A DNA stretch of 64,000 nt from Bacillota bacterium (GTDB lineage Bacteria; Bacillota; Clostridia; Christensenellales; CAG-917), in the NCBI GenBank assembly GCA_023665365.1, contig JAMPEA010000004.1:32823-96822 (forward strand). Reading direction: 5' to 3'. Below, piece after piece: positions 54,036 through 62,874 of the stretch; position 1 is the stretch's first letter, and every line of letters starts with the position of its first letter. Position numbers and translations under genes: made by a program. A model generated the notes under the pieces. The model did not search any database and was not told where the DNA came from. It saw nothing but the letters and a program-made list of their open reading frames with translations.

Positions 54036-54264
54036 AAGGACATTATAGAAACAAATCGCTTAAATTGCAAGCGCTTTGAAAAAACGCGTCGCTCGTATGA
54101 ATTTGCGGATTTTTTTTGCAACTTTGTAATGATAATTTGACTTTGCGCGCGATTTTATTTATCATTTTATATACCTTATATAATACAGTGCAAAATAATC
54201 ATCGCATATGCGTTGCAAATAAAACGCAAATGCGTTATACAAACACGCGCAGTAGGAGGCTTAT

Positions 54265-55650
54265 ATGGCAAAACTTACAATGGATAAAATCGTTGCGCTC
54301 GCAAAAAACCGCGGCTTCGTATACCCCGGCAGCGAAATCTACGGCGGACTGTCCAACTCGTGGGATTACGGTCCTTTGGGCGTTGCGCTCAAAAACAACG
54401 TCAAGCAGGCTTGGTGGAAAAAGTTCGTCGTCGAAAACCCCTACAACGTGGGCATCGACAGTGCAATACTTATGAATCCCACAACCTGGCAAGCGTCGGG
54501 TCATATCGGCGGATTTTCCGACCCGCTTATGGACTGCAAAAGCTGTAAATCCCGCCACCGCGCAGATAACCTCGTAGAGGACTACATGGCAAAGCACGGC
54601 ATCGAGGAAAATATCGCAGGTTGGAGCAACGAACAGCTCGAAGCATATATCGCCGAGCACAATATCCCCTGTCCCAACTGCGGCAACTCCGATTTCACGG
54701 GAGTGAGAAAATTCAACCTGATGTTCAAGACGTTTATCGGCGTCACGGAGGACAGCTCCTCGACAGTCTACCTCCGCCCCGAAACCGCGCAAGGCATATT
54801 CGTCAACTTCAAAAACGTACAGCGCACCACACGTAAAAAACTGCCATTCGGCATAGGGCAAATCGGCAAGAGCTTCCGCAACGAAATCACGCCCGGCAAC
54901 TTCATCTTCCGCATCCGCGAGTTCGAGCAGATGGAGCTTGAATTTTTCTGCAAGCCCGGCACCGACCTCGAATGGTTCGTTTATTGGAAAAACTTCTGCC
55001 GTCAGTGGTTGCTCGACCTCGGCATAAAGGAAGAAAATCTGCGTCTGCGCGACCACGACCCAGAGGAGCTTTGCTTCTACTCAAAAGCCACGACGGATTT
55101 CGAGTTTAAATTTCCGTTCGGCTGGGGCGAGCTTTGGGGCGTCGCCGACCGCACGGATTACGACCTCAATCAGCATATCAAGACGAGCGGAAAGGATTTG
55201 AGCTACGTTGACCCCGTGACCAATGAAAAGTACGTGCCCTACGTTGTCGAGCCGTCCCTCGGCGCGGACCGCGCGTTCCTCGCGTTCCTCTGCAACGCCT
55301 ACGACGAGGAGGTCGTCGGCGAAAACGATACGCGCGTCGTGCTCCACTTCCACCCCGCGCTTGCGCCCGTCAAGGTCGCCGTTTTGCCCCTGCAAAAGCA
55401 ACTCAACGCCAAGGCGGAAGAGATATACGCGGAGCTTTCAAAACACTTCGCATGCGATTTCGACAGTTCCGCCTCAATCGGCAAACGCTATCGCCGTCAA
55501 GACGAGATAGGCACGCCCTATTGCGTCACCGTCGATTTCGACTCCCTCGACGACGAGTGCGTGACCGTGCGCGAGCGCGATACTATGGCGCAAGTCCGCA
55601 TTCCGATTGAAAACCTCGTAAACTACTTCGAGGACAAACTGAAATACTAA
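54265..55650 (+). CDS. glyQS: Glycine--tRNA ligase (alpha2 type)
   Basis: 461 aa. '[24 protein letters not shown]', '[13 protein letters not shown]' and 'EPSLGADR' class-II motifs are present. AGGAGG RBS. Confidence 0.95.
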   Translation: MAKLTMDKIVALAKNRGFVYPGSEIYGGLSNSWDYGPLGVALKNNVKQAWWKKFVVENPYNVGIDSAILMNPTTWQASGHIGGFSDPLMDCKSCKSRHRADNLVEDYMAKHGIEENIAGWSNEQLEAYIAEHNIPCPNCGNSDFTGVRKFNLMFKTFIGVTEDSSSTVYLRPETAQGIFVNFKNVQRTTRKKLPFGIGQIGKSFRNEITPGNFIFRIREFEQMELEFFCKPGTDLEWFVYWKNFCRQWLLDLGIKEENLRLRDHDPEELCFYSKATTDFEFKFPFGWGELWGVADRTDYDLNQHIKTSGKDLSYVDPVTNEKYVPYVVEPSLGADRAFLAFLCNAYDEEVVGENDTRVVLHFHPALAPVKVAVLPLQKQLNAKAEEIYAELSKHFACDFDSSASIGKRYRRQDEIGTPYCVTVDFDSLDDECVTVRERDTMAQVRIPIENLVNYFEDKLKY

Positions 55651-55774
55651 TATCTTTTACGCCAAACCCTCGTACAAAAAACTCGGGACGCGCATTCGTG
55701 TAAATATTCAGCCTTATAATAACCGTTAAAATTAGGCAATATGCGCTTTGAGCGCAACCTCATAAGGACAAAAA

Positions 55775-55798
55775 GCGGGAAGTCACTGCCCGCTTTTT
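55775..55798. terminator. Bidirectional terminator after glyQS
   Basis: AAAAGCGGG-aagtcactg-CCCGCTTTTT. Confidence 0.6.
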
Positions 55799-55822
55799 GA
55801 TTGTCAAAATTTTTTGGAAAAA

Positions 55823-56098
55823 TCATTGTAAAATAATTATATCATTGTTTTCAAACTTGACGTGAACTTCTTGGGGCGCATCCTCTTTCAGTCCGCAAGA
55901 CCTTCTATAACTGACGGTCAATCCTTGATTACGATAAAAAACAATCGTAAACGTCAAAATCGCTATTTGAGAAAAAGTCAGCAAAGCACTGCTATGCGGC
56001 TCAATCGAACTGCCTTTAAGATAATGCAAATCATAAAATAACGTTTCATTTGAATCGTTAAATATTTTTATACTCCTTGCGCCGAATGTTAATTTCAT
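55823..56098 (-). CDS. Small hypothetical protein in an AT-rich islet
   Basis: 91 aa from the ATG ('MKLTFGARSIKIFNDSNETLFYDLHYLKG...'). The longer track ORF starts at a TTG without an RBS. No family recognised. Weak coding call. Confidence 0.35.
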   Translation of the reverse strand: MKLTFGARSIKIFNDSNETLFYDLHYLKGSSIEPHSSALLTFSQIAILTFTIVFYRNQGLTVSYRRSCGLKEDAPQEVHVKFENNDIIILQ

Positions 56099-56215
56099 AC
56101 ACCGCCAAAAAAATCTGATAATTAAATCATTCAGTTTACAATAGAACAATTTTTTTGGATTGTCAATAATAATTTATCAATACATATTATATTTCTTAAT
56201 AATTTGAGGTAAATT

Positions 56216-56536
56216 ATGATTAAGTTATTTGAATTAAGGACAGAGAAAGGCTTATCCCAACGTGAAATTGCAAAATTATTTTCTGTCAGTCAATCAACGT
56301 ATAATAATTGGGAAAATTCTAACACTCAACCCTCTATCGAACAGCTTATAGAAATTGCAAGATTTTTCGGAGTATCGGTGGATTATCTAATCGGAAACAG
56401 TGATGATTTGGGCGAAATCAAATATAACGAAAGATTTTTAAGCTCAAACGAACTCAAACTTTTGCAATTATATAACAGCTTATCCTCCGTCGCACAAAAG
56501 AATATTTTGGACTTTATGAAAAATATCAATCTTTAA
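56216..56536 (+). CDS. XRE-family HTH regulator
   Basis: 106 aa. 'LSQREIAKLFSVSQSTYNNWENSNTQPSIEQLIEIARFFGVSVDYLIG'. TGAGGT RBS. Confidence 0.75.
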   Translation: MIKLFELRTEKGLSQREIAKLFSVSQSTYNNWENSNTQPSIEQLIEIARFFGVSVDYLIGNSDDLGEIKYNERFLSSNELKLLQLYNSLSSVAQKNILDFMKNINL

Positions 56537-56539
56537 TCA

Positions 56540-56776
56540 ATGAAAGCAAGAAAGATATTAGGCACAGCTAATCTTGTCGGCGCAAATATCGAGAAACTGC
56601 GCAAAGCACGCAAAATTTCTCAAAAGGACTTTATCGCAAAGATACAGGTTGAAGGCGTTGATATAAACCCTACAAGTTATTCCAAACTTGAAGGTCAAAC
56701 TCGCATTGCAACAGACAAAGAGATTTTTGCCATCGCTAAAATTTTAAACATCAGCATTGACAATTTATTTGAATAA
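56540..56776 (+). CDS. Second, divergent XRE-like HTH protein
   Basis: 78 aa. 'ISQKDFIAKIQVEGVDINPTSYSKLEGQTRIATDKEIFAIAKILNISIDNLF'. Starts 3 nt after the preceding stop. Confidence 0.65.
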   Translation: MKARKILGTANLVGANIEKLRKARKISQKDFIAKIQVEGVDINPTSYSKLEGQTRIATDKEIFAIAKILNISIDNLFE

Positions 56777-56786
56777 TAAATCACGC

Positions 56787-57467
56787 TTATTGATTTTTGA
56801 GTTGCATGCTTAGCAGGGCGAGAGAGGCGGCTAAATCCTCGCCTTTCACTGCGATTTCGGGCGGCAGATTGAGGTGTACGGGGGCGAAGCACCATATCGC
56901 CTTTATGCCCGCTTCAACCATGCCGTCGGCGACTTTTTGCGCGGACAGCGACGGAACGCAGATTATCCCAAGGCGAATTTTGAACCTTTCGACCACGTTT
57001 TTGAGATTGTCTATATGGTAGACGGGTTTGCCGTTGACCTCGGTGTTGATAACGCCGTCGTTCACGTCGAAAGCCGCGACTATATTCAGCCCATAGTTGC
57101 GGAAGCCGTCGTAACCGAGTATTGCGCGCCCGAGCCCGCCCACGCCTACGAGCACCGCATCGCGGCTGTTTTTGTATCCGAGATAGCTTTCGAGGTCGGC
57201 AATCAGCTCTTTTGTGACGAAGCCCGTTTTGGGCTTGCCCGCGACGGACGATACGAGCGCGATGTCCTTGCGCACCTGCACGGGATTGAGCCCGAGCCCG
57301 TTTGCAATCGTAGTGCTCGAAACGGTCGGAACTTCGCTTTTGTCGAGCTTATATAAATATCTTAGATAGGACGGCAAGCGTCTTAACGTAGCTTTTGACA
57401 TTTCAGAAATTTGTTGTTCCTGCATAAATCCCTCGATATTTTTCATGCGGTAGAGGTTGAAAATCAA
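56787..57467 (-). CDS. rex: Redox-sensing transcriptional repressor Rex
   Basis: 'ATLRRLPSYLRYL' winged helix plus the Rossmann 'VLVGVGGLGRAILGY'. The start is uncertain: TTG at 57467, with ATG alternatives at about 57425 and 57401. Confidence 0.85.
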   Translation of the reverse strand: MIFNLYRMKNIEGFMQEQQISEMSKATLRRLPSYLRYLYKLDKSEVPTVSSTTIANGLGLNPVQVRKDIALVSSVAGKPKTGFVTKELIADLESYLGYKNSRDAVLVGVGGLGRAILGYDGFRNYGLNIVAAFDVNDGVINTEVNGKPVYHIDNLKNVVERFKIRLGIICVPSLSAQKVADGMVEAGIKAIWCFAPVHLNLPPEIAVKGEDLAASLALLSMQLKNQ

Positions 57468-57481
57468 GCAAAAGCAACGAC

Positions 57482-58861
57482 TTACTTGCTTTGCAAGTCA
57501 GTTGTACAAAGCGCGCTGATTTTCAACATAATGGCACATTCTATGCGTTTTTTAAATAGGTCGCAGCCGTAGGTGTAAACTCCGTTGACGTCGCCCGTGG
57601 CGTTAAACGCATTCGCGGCGCATCCGCCCGAGCAATACAACCTCGCCCAGCACCCGTCGCACTCCTTGCGCGAGTAGGCGTTGCAACGCTTAAACTTGTC
57701 GCGTATGTCCGTGCGCGTAACGCCCTGCCATATATCGCCCATAAGATAGTCCTTATTGCCGACGAACTGATGGCACGGATAAAGCTCGCCCGCGGGCGTG
57801 ACCGCAAGATATTCCGTCCCGCTTCCGCACCCCGATATGCGCTTGTATATGCAAGGACCGCTTTCGAGGTCGAGCATATAGTGATAAAACGTAAACGGCT
57901 TGCCTGCCTTTTCGCGCGAAATCATCATATCCGCGAGCTTTTCGTACTCCTTTAAGACGACAGCCTTATCCTCCTCGGTGAGCGCGTAGCTGTCTGTTGG
58001 CGGACACACGACCGGTTCCATACTCAGCTCGTCAAAGCCGAGGTCGAGCATAGCCTGTAAGTCGTTAGTAAAATCGGGATTGAGATGCGTAAACGTCCCG
58101 CGCATATAGTAGCTTTTATCGCCGCGCGCCTTTACGAACTTTTGAAATTTTGGCACGATTATATCGTAACTGCCCTGACCGCCCGCGGTCTTGCGGAAAC
58201 GGTCGTGCACTTCGCGCCTGCCGTCGAGGCTTAAAACTACGTTGTCCATCTCGCGGTTGGCAAAGTCGATTACGTCGTCGTCGAGGTTCATTCCGTTGGT
58301 TGTCAAAGTAAAACGGAAATGCTTGCCCGCCTTTTCCTCTGCCGAGCGCGCATACTCGACGAGCTTCTTCACCACCTCGAAATTCAAAAGCGGTTCGCCG
58401 CCGAAAAAGTCCACTTCGAGGTTGCGGCGCGTGCCGCTGTTTTCGATGAGAAAATCGAGCGCGCGCTTGCCCACCTCGTAGGACATAAGCGCCCTTTCGC
58501 CGTGATACTTGCCCTGCGACGCAAAGCAGTATTCGCAGTTGAGATTGCAGGTGTGCGCGACGTGCAGACAAAGCGCTTTCACAACCGTGTCGCGCTTGGC
58601 AAGCGCGTCCACGTTCGGCTTAAACGTATCCTCTGAAAAGAGAGTGCCCTCCGCCTTTAACTCGTCCACGTCGCTAAGGCAATCGCGCACGTCGTCCGCG
58701 CTTATGCCATACTTGGCGCTTACCTCGCGCACAATGGCTTCTCTATCGGTGTTTTCATAGGCGTTTATCACGTCGTAAGCAACGTCGTCAACGCAATGTA
58801 CGCTTCCGCTTGCCACGTCGAGCACGATATTATAGCCGTTCAGTTTGTACGTATGTATCAT
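57482..58861 (-). CDS. scfB: SCIFF radical-SAM thioether-forming peptide maturase
   Basis: 'CNLNCEYCF' radical-SAM cluster and C-terminal SPASM Cys motifs ('CGSGTEYLAV...CHQF', 'CDGCWARLYCSGGCAAN'). Lies directly downstream of a SCIFF precursor. Confidence 0.9.
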   Translation of the reverse strand: MIHTYKLNGYNIVLDVASGSVHCVDDVAYDVINAYENTDREAIVREVSAKYGISADDVRDCLSDVDELKAEGTLFSEDTFKPNVDALAKRDTVVKALCLHVAHTCNLNCEYCFASQGKYHGERALMSYEVGKRALDFLIENSGTRRNLEVDFFGGEPLLNFEVVKKLVEYARSAEEKAGKHFRFTLTTNGMNLDDDVIDFANREMDNVVLSLDGRREVHDRFRKTAGGQGSYDIIVPKFQKFVKARGDKSYYMRGTFTHLNPDFTNDLQAMLDLGFDELSMEPVVCPPTDSYALTEEDKAVVLKEYEKLADMMISREKAGKPFTFYHYMLDLESGPCIYKRISGCGSGTEYLAVTPAGELYPCHQFVGNKDYLMGDIWQGVTRTDIRDKFKRCNAYSRKECDGCWARLYCSGGCAANAFNATGDVNGVYTYGCDLFKKRIECAIMLKISALCTTDLQSK

Positions 58862-58930
58862 ATTACTCCGCAAAATGACATTCCGCAGGGACTTCGATAT
58901 TCTCCCGCAAAATGGCGTTTACACTTTAAA

Positions 58931-58955
58931 ATCGCCTATCTGTGCGATAGGCGAT
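58931..58955 (-). terminator. Hairpin between SCIFF precursor and maturase (probable partial terminator/attenuator)
   Basis: ATCGCCTATC-gcaca-GATAGGCGAT (10-bp stem) followed by TTTTAAAG in minus sense. Confidence 0.5.
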
Positions 58956-58979
58956 TTTTCATTCTCGATATTTGCAAAC

Positions 58980-59126
58980 TTATTTTGCTGCTTTCTCGCA
59001 CTTTTGATTTGCGACTCCGCAAGAGGTCTTGCAAGCGGATTGGCAGGACGTTTGGCACTCGCCGCAGCCGCCGTTTTTCTTGCTCTCGTTGAGATTGCGA
59101 GTTTTCAAAGTGACAATTCTTTTCAT
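58980..59126 (-). CDS. scfA: SCIFF (six-cysteines-in-forty-five) ribosomal peptide precursor
   Basis: Hand translation gives MKRIVTLKTRNLNESKKNGGCGECQTSCQSACKTSCGVANQKCEKAAK* (48 aa, 6 Cys). AAGGAG lies 8 nt upstream. It is below the 60-aa cutoff of the ORF track. Confidence 0.85.
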   Translation of the reverse strand: MKRIVTLKTRNLNESKKNGGCGECQTSCQSACKTSCGVANQKCEKAAK

Positions 59127-59162
59127 AAACGTGACTCCTTAGATGTTGTTTTAATTATATAT

Positions 59163-59191
59163 ATTATAGTTATCCGCGGCGGCGTTGTCAA
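59163..59191 (-). promoter_or_regulatory. Consensus sigma-A promoter driving the SCIFF precursor
   Basis: The minus strand reads TTGACA-17 nt-TATAAT, exact consensus in both hexamers, about 36 nt upstream of the ATG. Confidence 0.6.
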
Positions 59192-59221
59192 GCGGCAATC
59201 GCTATACGCGCAAACTGCGGA

Positions 59222-60730
59222 TTATTCTTCTGTTTTTTCCGCGTCGTCCGATGCGACCGCGACCGTGAGAACGTTGTCGGGGAAAGCCTTATATTCGCTT
59301 ACTACGTTCATGCCGCACTCGTAGAGGAAAAGCGCGTGGCGCAAAAAGTCCTGCTCGATGATTTCGCCCTTGCAGATAATCGGAATGCCCGGAGGATACG
59401 CCCAGATGCTCTCTGCGCAGACGCGACCGACGGCGTTTTCCGTCCTTACGAATTCCACGTCAACGCAGTCGATTTCATATGGCTCGTAAACTTTTTTAGG
59501 CACTTTTACGCCCTGTACGTTGACAAGCCCATATCTGTCCTTAGCCTTGTTTTCCATATCGAAAACAGCCTCCGACAAAGCAAGATACGCAGGCAGTTCG
59601 TCGCCCGCGCCCGTGAGCGCAAGCGCGTAGTTTGACCCCGCAAATTCAAGCTCTATCTTGTAGTCCTTGCGGAGTTTGCGCTGAAACTCTATGCCGCTTA
59701 ATGAGCTTTCGACGGTGAGGAAAATGATTTTCGTATCGTCGTAAGCAAATATGCGCCCTTCTTTTGCGCCGTTGAAAATTTTGTAGTGCTTGTTGCGCTC
59801 GAAACTCTTGCGGAATTTTTCCACTCTGTCCGCCCAGTTTTCGAGGTCGATTGCGCCCTTGCCCGAAAGATAATGTATGCACTCGTCAATAGACGCCATA
59901 AGCACGTATGAGGGCGAACTGCTTTCAAACACGGCGAGATTTCTGTCTATGCTCTCAACGTCAACTCTGTCGGAGCAAACGTGCAGAACCGCAGTTTGAG
60001 TGAGGCTCGGCAGAGTTTTGTGCATACTGTTGACAACTATGTCCGCCCCGAGATTGCGCGCGCTCTGCTCGAAGCGTTTGCTAAGCCCCAAGTGTGCGCC
60101 GTGCGCCTCGTCCACAAACAGCAAGGCATCGTGCGCGTGACAAATATCCGCAATGGATTTTATATCCGACAAAACGCCCTCGTAAGTGGGACTTGTTATC
60201 ACGACGAGTTTGATATTTTTATGTTCGTCAAGCACCTTTTCAATGTCCGCGGGCACGACCGAGCCGTTAAACCCGTACTCCTCGAAATAGGCGGGAGTGA
60301 CGTAATAAGGACGCAACGCGCAAAGTTCCACGGCGTTATAAACGCTCCTATGGCAGTTGCGCGCGATGAGAATCCCGTCGCCGCCGTGCGTAGTCGCGCG
60401 GATAGCCGAAAGCACTCCCGCAGTAGCGCCTCCCACGAGATACCTGCACGCCTTTACGCCGAAGAAATCCGCCGCGCGTTGCTGAGCGTCCTTCAAGGTG
60501 TTTTTCGCGTCGTGCAGATTGTCGAACTCGTTTGTCTCGGTGACGTCGATAAACTGCGCGCCTCCGAGATAGTCCAGCTTCTTCGAGCGCTTATGCCCGG
60601 GCATATGAAAGGGCACTACGCCCTCCTCGTTGTAGTCGCGCAAAAGCATTACAAGGGTCTTTTCGTCCTGTATTTTGAAGCTCTTGGCTATTTTGCCTTC
60701 AAACTTAGATTTACTTCCAAACTTTTTCAT
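59222..60730 (-). CDS. Orn/Lys/Arg decarboxylase-family PLP enzyme
   Basis: 502 aa. 'VPFHMPGHK' and 'NSMHKTLPSLTQ' (PLP lysine) motifs of the SpeA/YaaO type are present. Confidence 0.8.
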   Translation of the reverse strand: MKKFGSKSKFEGKIAKSFKIQDEKTLVMLLRDYNEEGVVPFHMPGHKRSKKLDYLGGAQFIDVTETNEFDNLHDAKNTLKDAQQRAADFFGVKACRYLVGGATAGVLSAIRATTHGGDGILIARNCHRSVYNAVELCALRPYYVTPAYFEEYGFNGSVVPADIEKVLDEHKNIKLVVITSPTYEGVLSDIKSIADICHAHDALLFVDEAHGAHLGLSKRFEQSARNLGADIVVNSMHKTLPSLTQTAVLHVCSDRVDVESIDRNLAVFESSSPSYVLMASIDECIHYLSGKGAIDLENWADRVEKFRKSFERNKHYKIFNGAKEGRIFAYDDTKIIFLTVESSLSGIEFQRKLRKDYKIELEFAGSNYALALTGAGDELPAYLALSEAVFDMENKAKDRYGLVNVQGVKVPKKVYEPYEIDCVDVEFVRTENAVGRVCAESIWAYPPGIPIICKGEIIEQDFLRHALFLYECGMNVVSEYKAFPDNVLTVAVASDDAEKTEE

Positions 60731-60831
60731 GTATTCAGTATAACATATATTTTTAAAAAAGCTATGGAAATATTTACAAAATTATAGTATAATCTTATTA
60801 AAATAAAGATATAAACCTCGGGTTCGGCAAA

Positions 60832-61632
60832 TTGAAAGCGAAAATTCGTTTAAAACTCAACTGCATTTTGCTTGTCGCGGCGCTTGTAACGAGCGTCTTT
60901 ACGCTGGTTGCCTGCAACGACGACCCGCCCTACAACCCCTACGCGCACGACAACGACTTTGAGGTTACAACGACCGACTGCGAGGACGCGCTCGAATTTG
61001 CGCCCGAGGGCTTTACGCCCACCTGCGGAGTTGTGCTTTATATCGGCATACTTGAAAATCCCGAGGATTACTCCTATCTCGGCAACGCGCTTGCAAGGCA
61101 GGGCTATTTGGCGGCGATTTCAAAGGTGAAAAATCTAAACCCCGACGGTTATCACGCAAATATCCCGACGTTTTTGAACCATCCCGAGATTAAAAAGTTT
61201 TTCGTCGGCGGTCACGATATAGGCGGAGGCTTGGCTGTGCGCCACGCGATGGACTATGCAAAGAATGGCTATAACGTCGCGGGCGTTATACTCTACGCTC
61301 CCCTGTCGTTTTCAAATCCTAAAAAGGACGAGAACGGTCAACCCGTGCTTGACGGACAAAACAACCCGATTATCGACCATTTCGACATAAGCGATTACGA
61401 TATAGACACCCTGCTTTTGGAGGTTGACGAACCCTTCCGCACCGATGAGATGAAGCAAATCGCAAAGGAGCATATCAACAACTCGATTGCGACTTGCTAC
61501 ACTTTGAGCAACTCGAAATCCACGTATTTCAGCACGATGACGAGCTCGTCCGCCACCGATGAAAACGCGATAGCTCAACGCGAAAAGACAGTGGAATACA
61601 CCTTGGAATTTTTAAAATCATTGTCCAAATAA
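60832..61632 (+). CDS. Lipoprotein with alpha/beta-hydrolase-like fold
   Basis: Lipobox 'FTLVAC'. 'FFVGGHDIGGGLA' sits where a GxSxG nucleophile elbow would be, with Asp in place of Ser. Confidence 0.5.
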   Translation: MKAKIRLKLNCILLVAALVTSVFTLVACNDDPPYNPYAHDNDFEVTTTDCEDALEFAPEGFTPTCGVVLYIGILENPEDYSYLGNALARQGYLAAISKVKNLNPDGYHANIPTFLNHPEIKKFFVGGHDIGGGLAVRHAMDYAKNGYNVAGVILYAPLSFSNPKKDENGQPVLDGQNNPIIDHFDISDYDIDTLLLEVDEPFRTDEMKQIAKEHINNSIATCYTLSNSKSTYFSTMTSSSATDENAIAQREKTVEYTLEFLKSLSK

Positions 61633-61653
61633 TATTTTAACAAAAATGAAAAA

Positions 61654-61678
61654 GGCAGATGAACTCTGCCTTCTTATT
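61654..61678 (+). terminator. Intrinsic terminator after the lipoprotein gene
   Basis: GGCAGA-tgaac-TCTGCC followed by TTCTTATTT. Confidence 0.5.
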
Positions 61679-61767
61679 TGCAATTTCATTGCACAAAAAC
61701 GATAGCTACTTTCTCCAACACAGCTTTATAGAAAAACTCAGCTTTCGTTTCAATCACACGAAGTGTG

Positions 61768-62748
61768 TTAATCGACGGTGAAGAGAACGGCGTTATACTT
61801 ATAGGGATACTGCACGCAGTCCTCGTAAATTTTGCCGACCTCGTCGAAGTAGTGCCTTGCGGTGATGATGCCGTTCATATGTACGACGCTATTTGCGAGC
61901 AGATTGATTGCCGACGGCATCTCGCCGGCGCCGTCGCTGACGCCTTTGAGGCGCAAGCCTTTTCTGAAAACCATCTCGACGTTGACGTTATTTTTGTTGT
62001 AGGTGGGATAGCCCGCGACGATAACGTCGCTTTCGTTTTTGACGAGGCGGAGCGCGGCGCTCAGACCTACGCCCTCGGACGTGAAAATCGCGGAATCGCA
62101 AAGGCGACCGCCGGTGATTTCGATAACTCGTCTGTCGAGGTTGTCATAGGTGGGGTTGAGCGTATAATACACGCCGCGTTTTTTTGCAAGTTCGAGCTTA
62201 TCCTCATCGAGGTCAACGAGGATAGGCACCAGCTGATAGTACATAGCCATTTGGCAAAGCACAAGCCCGAGCGTGCCTGCGCCCACAATCGCAACGTAAT
62301 CGCCGTAGTTGTAGCTTAGCTCGTTGAAAACTTTGTTGCCTATCGCAATATAGTCCGCAAAAACAGCGTCCTCGTCGGGTATTCCGTCGGGAAGCGCGAA
62401 GATATTTTCAATCGGAACGTAGACGAAATCCGTAAGCAAGCCGTTTATATTTACGCCCATAGTCTTTACGGCATTCACGCCGTGCTCGACCGTCTTTATA
62501 AACGGACAGACTGCCACGCGCGAGCCGAGCCTCAAACCGAGTTCCTCGTTGTCGGCGGTCATATAGGCAATCGCAGAGTGCGCGGGGACGGTGACGTTTT
62601 CGTCGTCTCTGCCCTTAAAGCAGTTGATACCCGCCGACGTCATAGCGACCTTGGAAATCTTGACCTGCACTTCGCCCTCTTGCGGATTTAAAGCGCCCTC
62701 TTTAAGGACAAGTTTGTTGTTTGCATCATCAATATGCCATGCTTTCAT
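61768..62748 (-). CDS. Medium-chain dehydrogenase/reductase (zinc-ADH-like) family protein
   Basis: 326 aa. GroES-like N-domain plus the Rossmann 'VAIVGAGTLGLVLCQMA'. The classical catalytic-zinc 'GHE' block reads 'AHS' here. Confidence 0.65.
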   Translation of the reverse strand: MKAWHIDDANNKLVLKEGALNPQEGEVQVKISKVAMTSAGINCFKGRDDENVTVPAHSAIAYMTADNEELGLRLGSRVAVCPFIKTVEHGVNAVKTMGVNINGLLTDFVYVPIENIFALPDGIPDEDAVFADYIAIGNKVFNELSYNYGDYVAIVGAGTLGLVLCQMAMYYQLVPILVDLDEDKLELAKKRGVYYTLNPTYDNLDRRVIEITGGRLCDSAIFTSEGVGLSAALRLVKNESDVIVAGYPTYNKNNVNVEMVFRKGLRLKGVSDGAGEMPSAINLLANSVVHMNGIITARHYFDEVGKIYEDCVQYPYKYNAVLFTVD

Positions 62749-62874
62749 AAACTACCTTTTTATCATTTTACCACATAAGTACGAGTTTTGCAACCGAAAG
62801 CGTTTGCAACCCTATTAAACCGCAAAGCGCGTCCCAAAAACGTCGCATAGCGCGGATTTTTGCCCTAAAAACCG

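Noticed and set aside
54036-54264. Expected a T-box leader upstream of glyQS, as in many Bacillota.
   Set aside because: I could not find the conserved T-box sequence (…GGGTGGTACCGCG-like) or a specifier/antiterminator arrangement in the 230-nt upstream region. Only small AT-rich hairpins are present. I therefore report no riboswitch, but absence by eye is weak evidence.
57395-57430. Apparent 1-nt discrepancy in rex. My hand reading around 57419-57421 gives CAGGGAACAA, which would break the frame, whereas the ORF track translates MQEQQ (CAGGAACAA).
   Set aside because: The ORF-track coordinates are internally consistent (681 nt), and flanking features check out in my numbering. I attribute this to a hand-reading error rather than a real frameshift. 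Either way, an ATG at 57401 (MSKATLRRLP…) would still give a full-length Rex.
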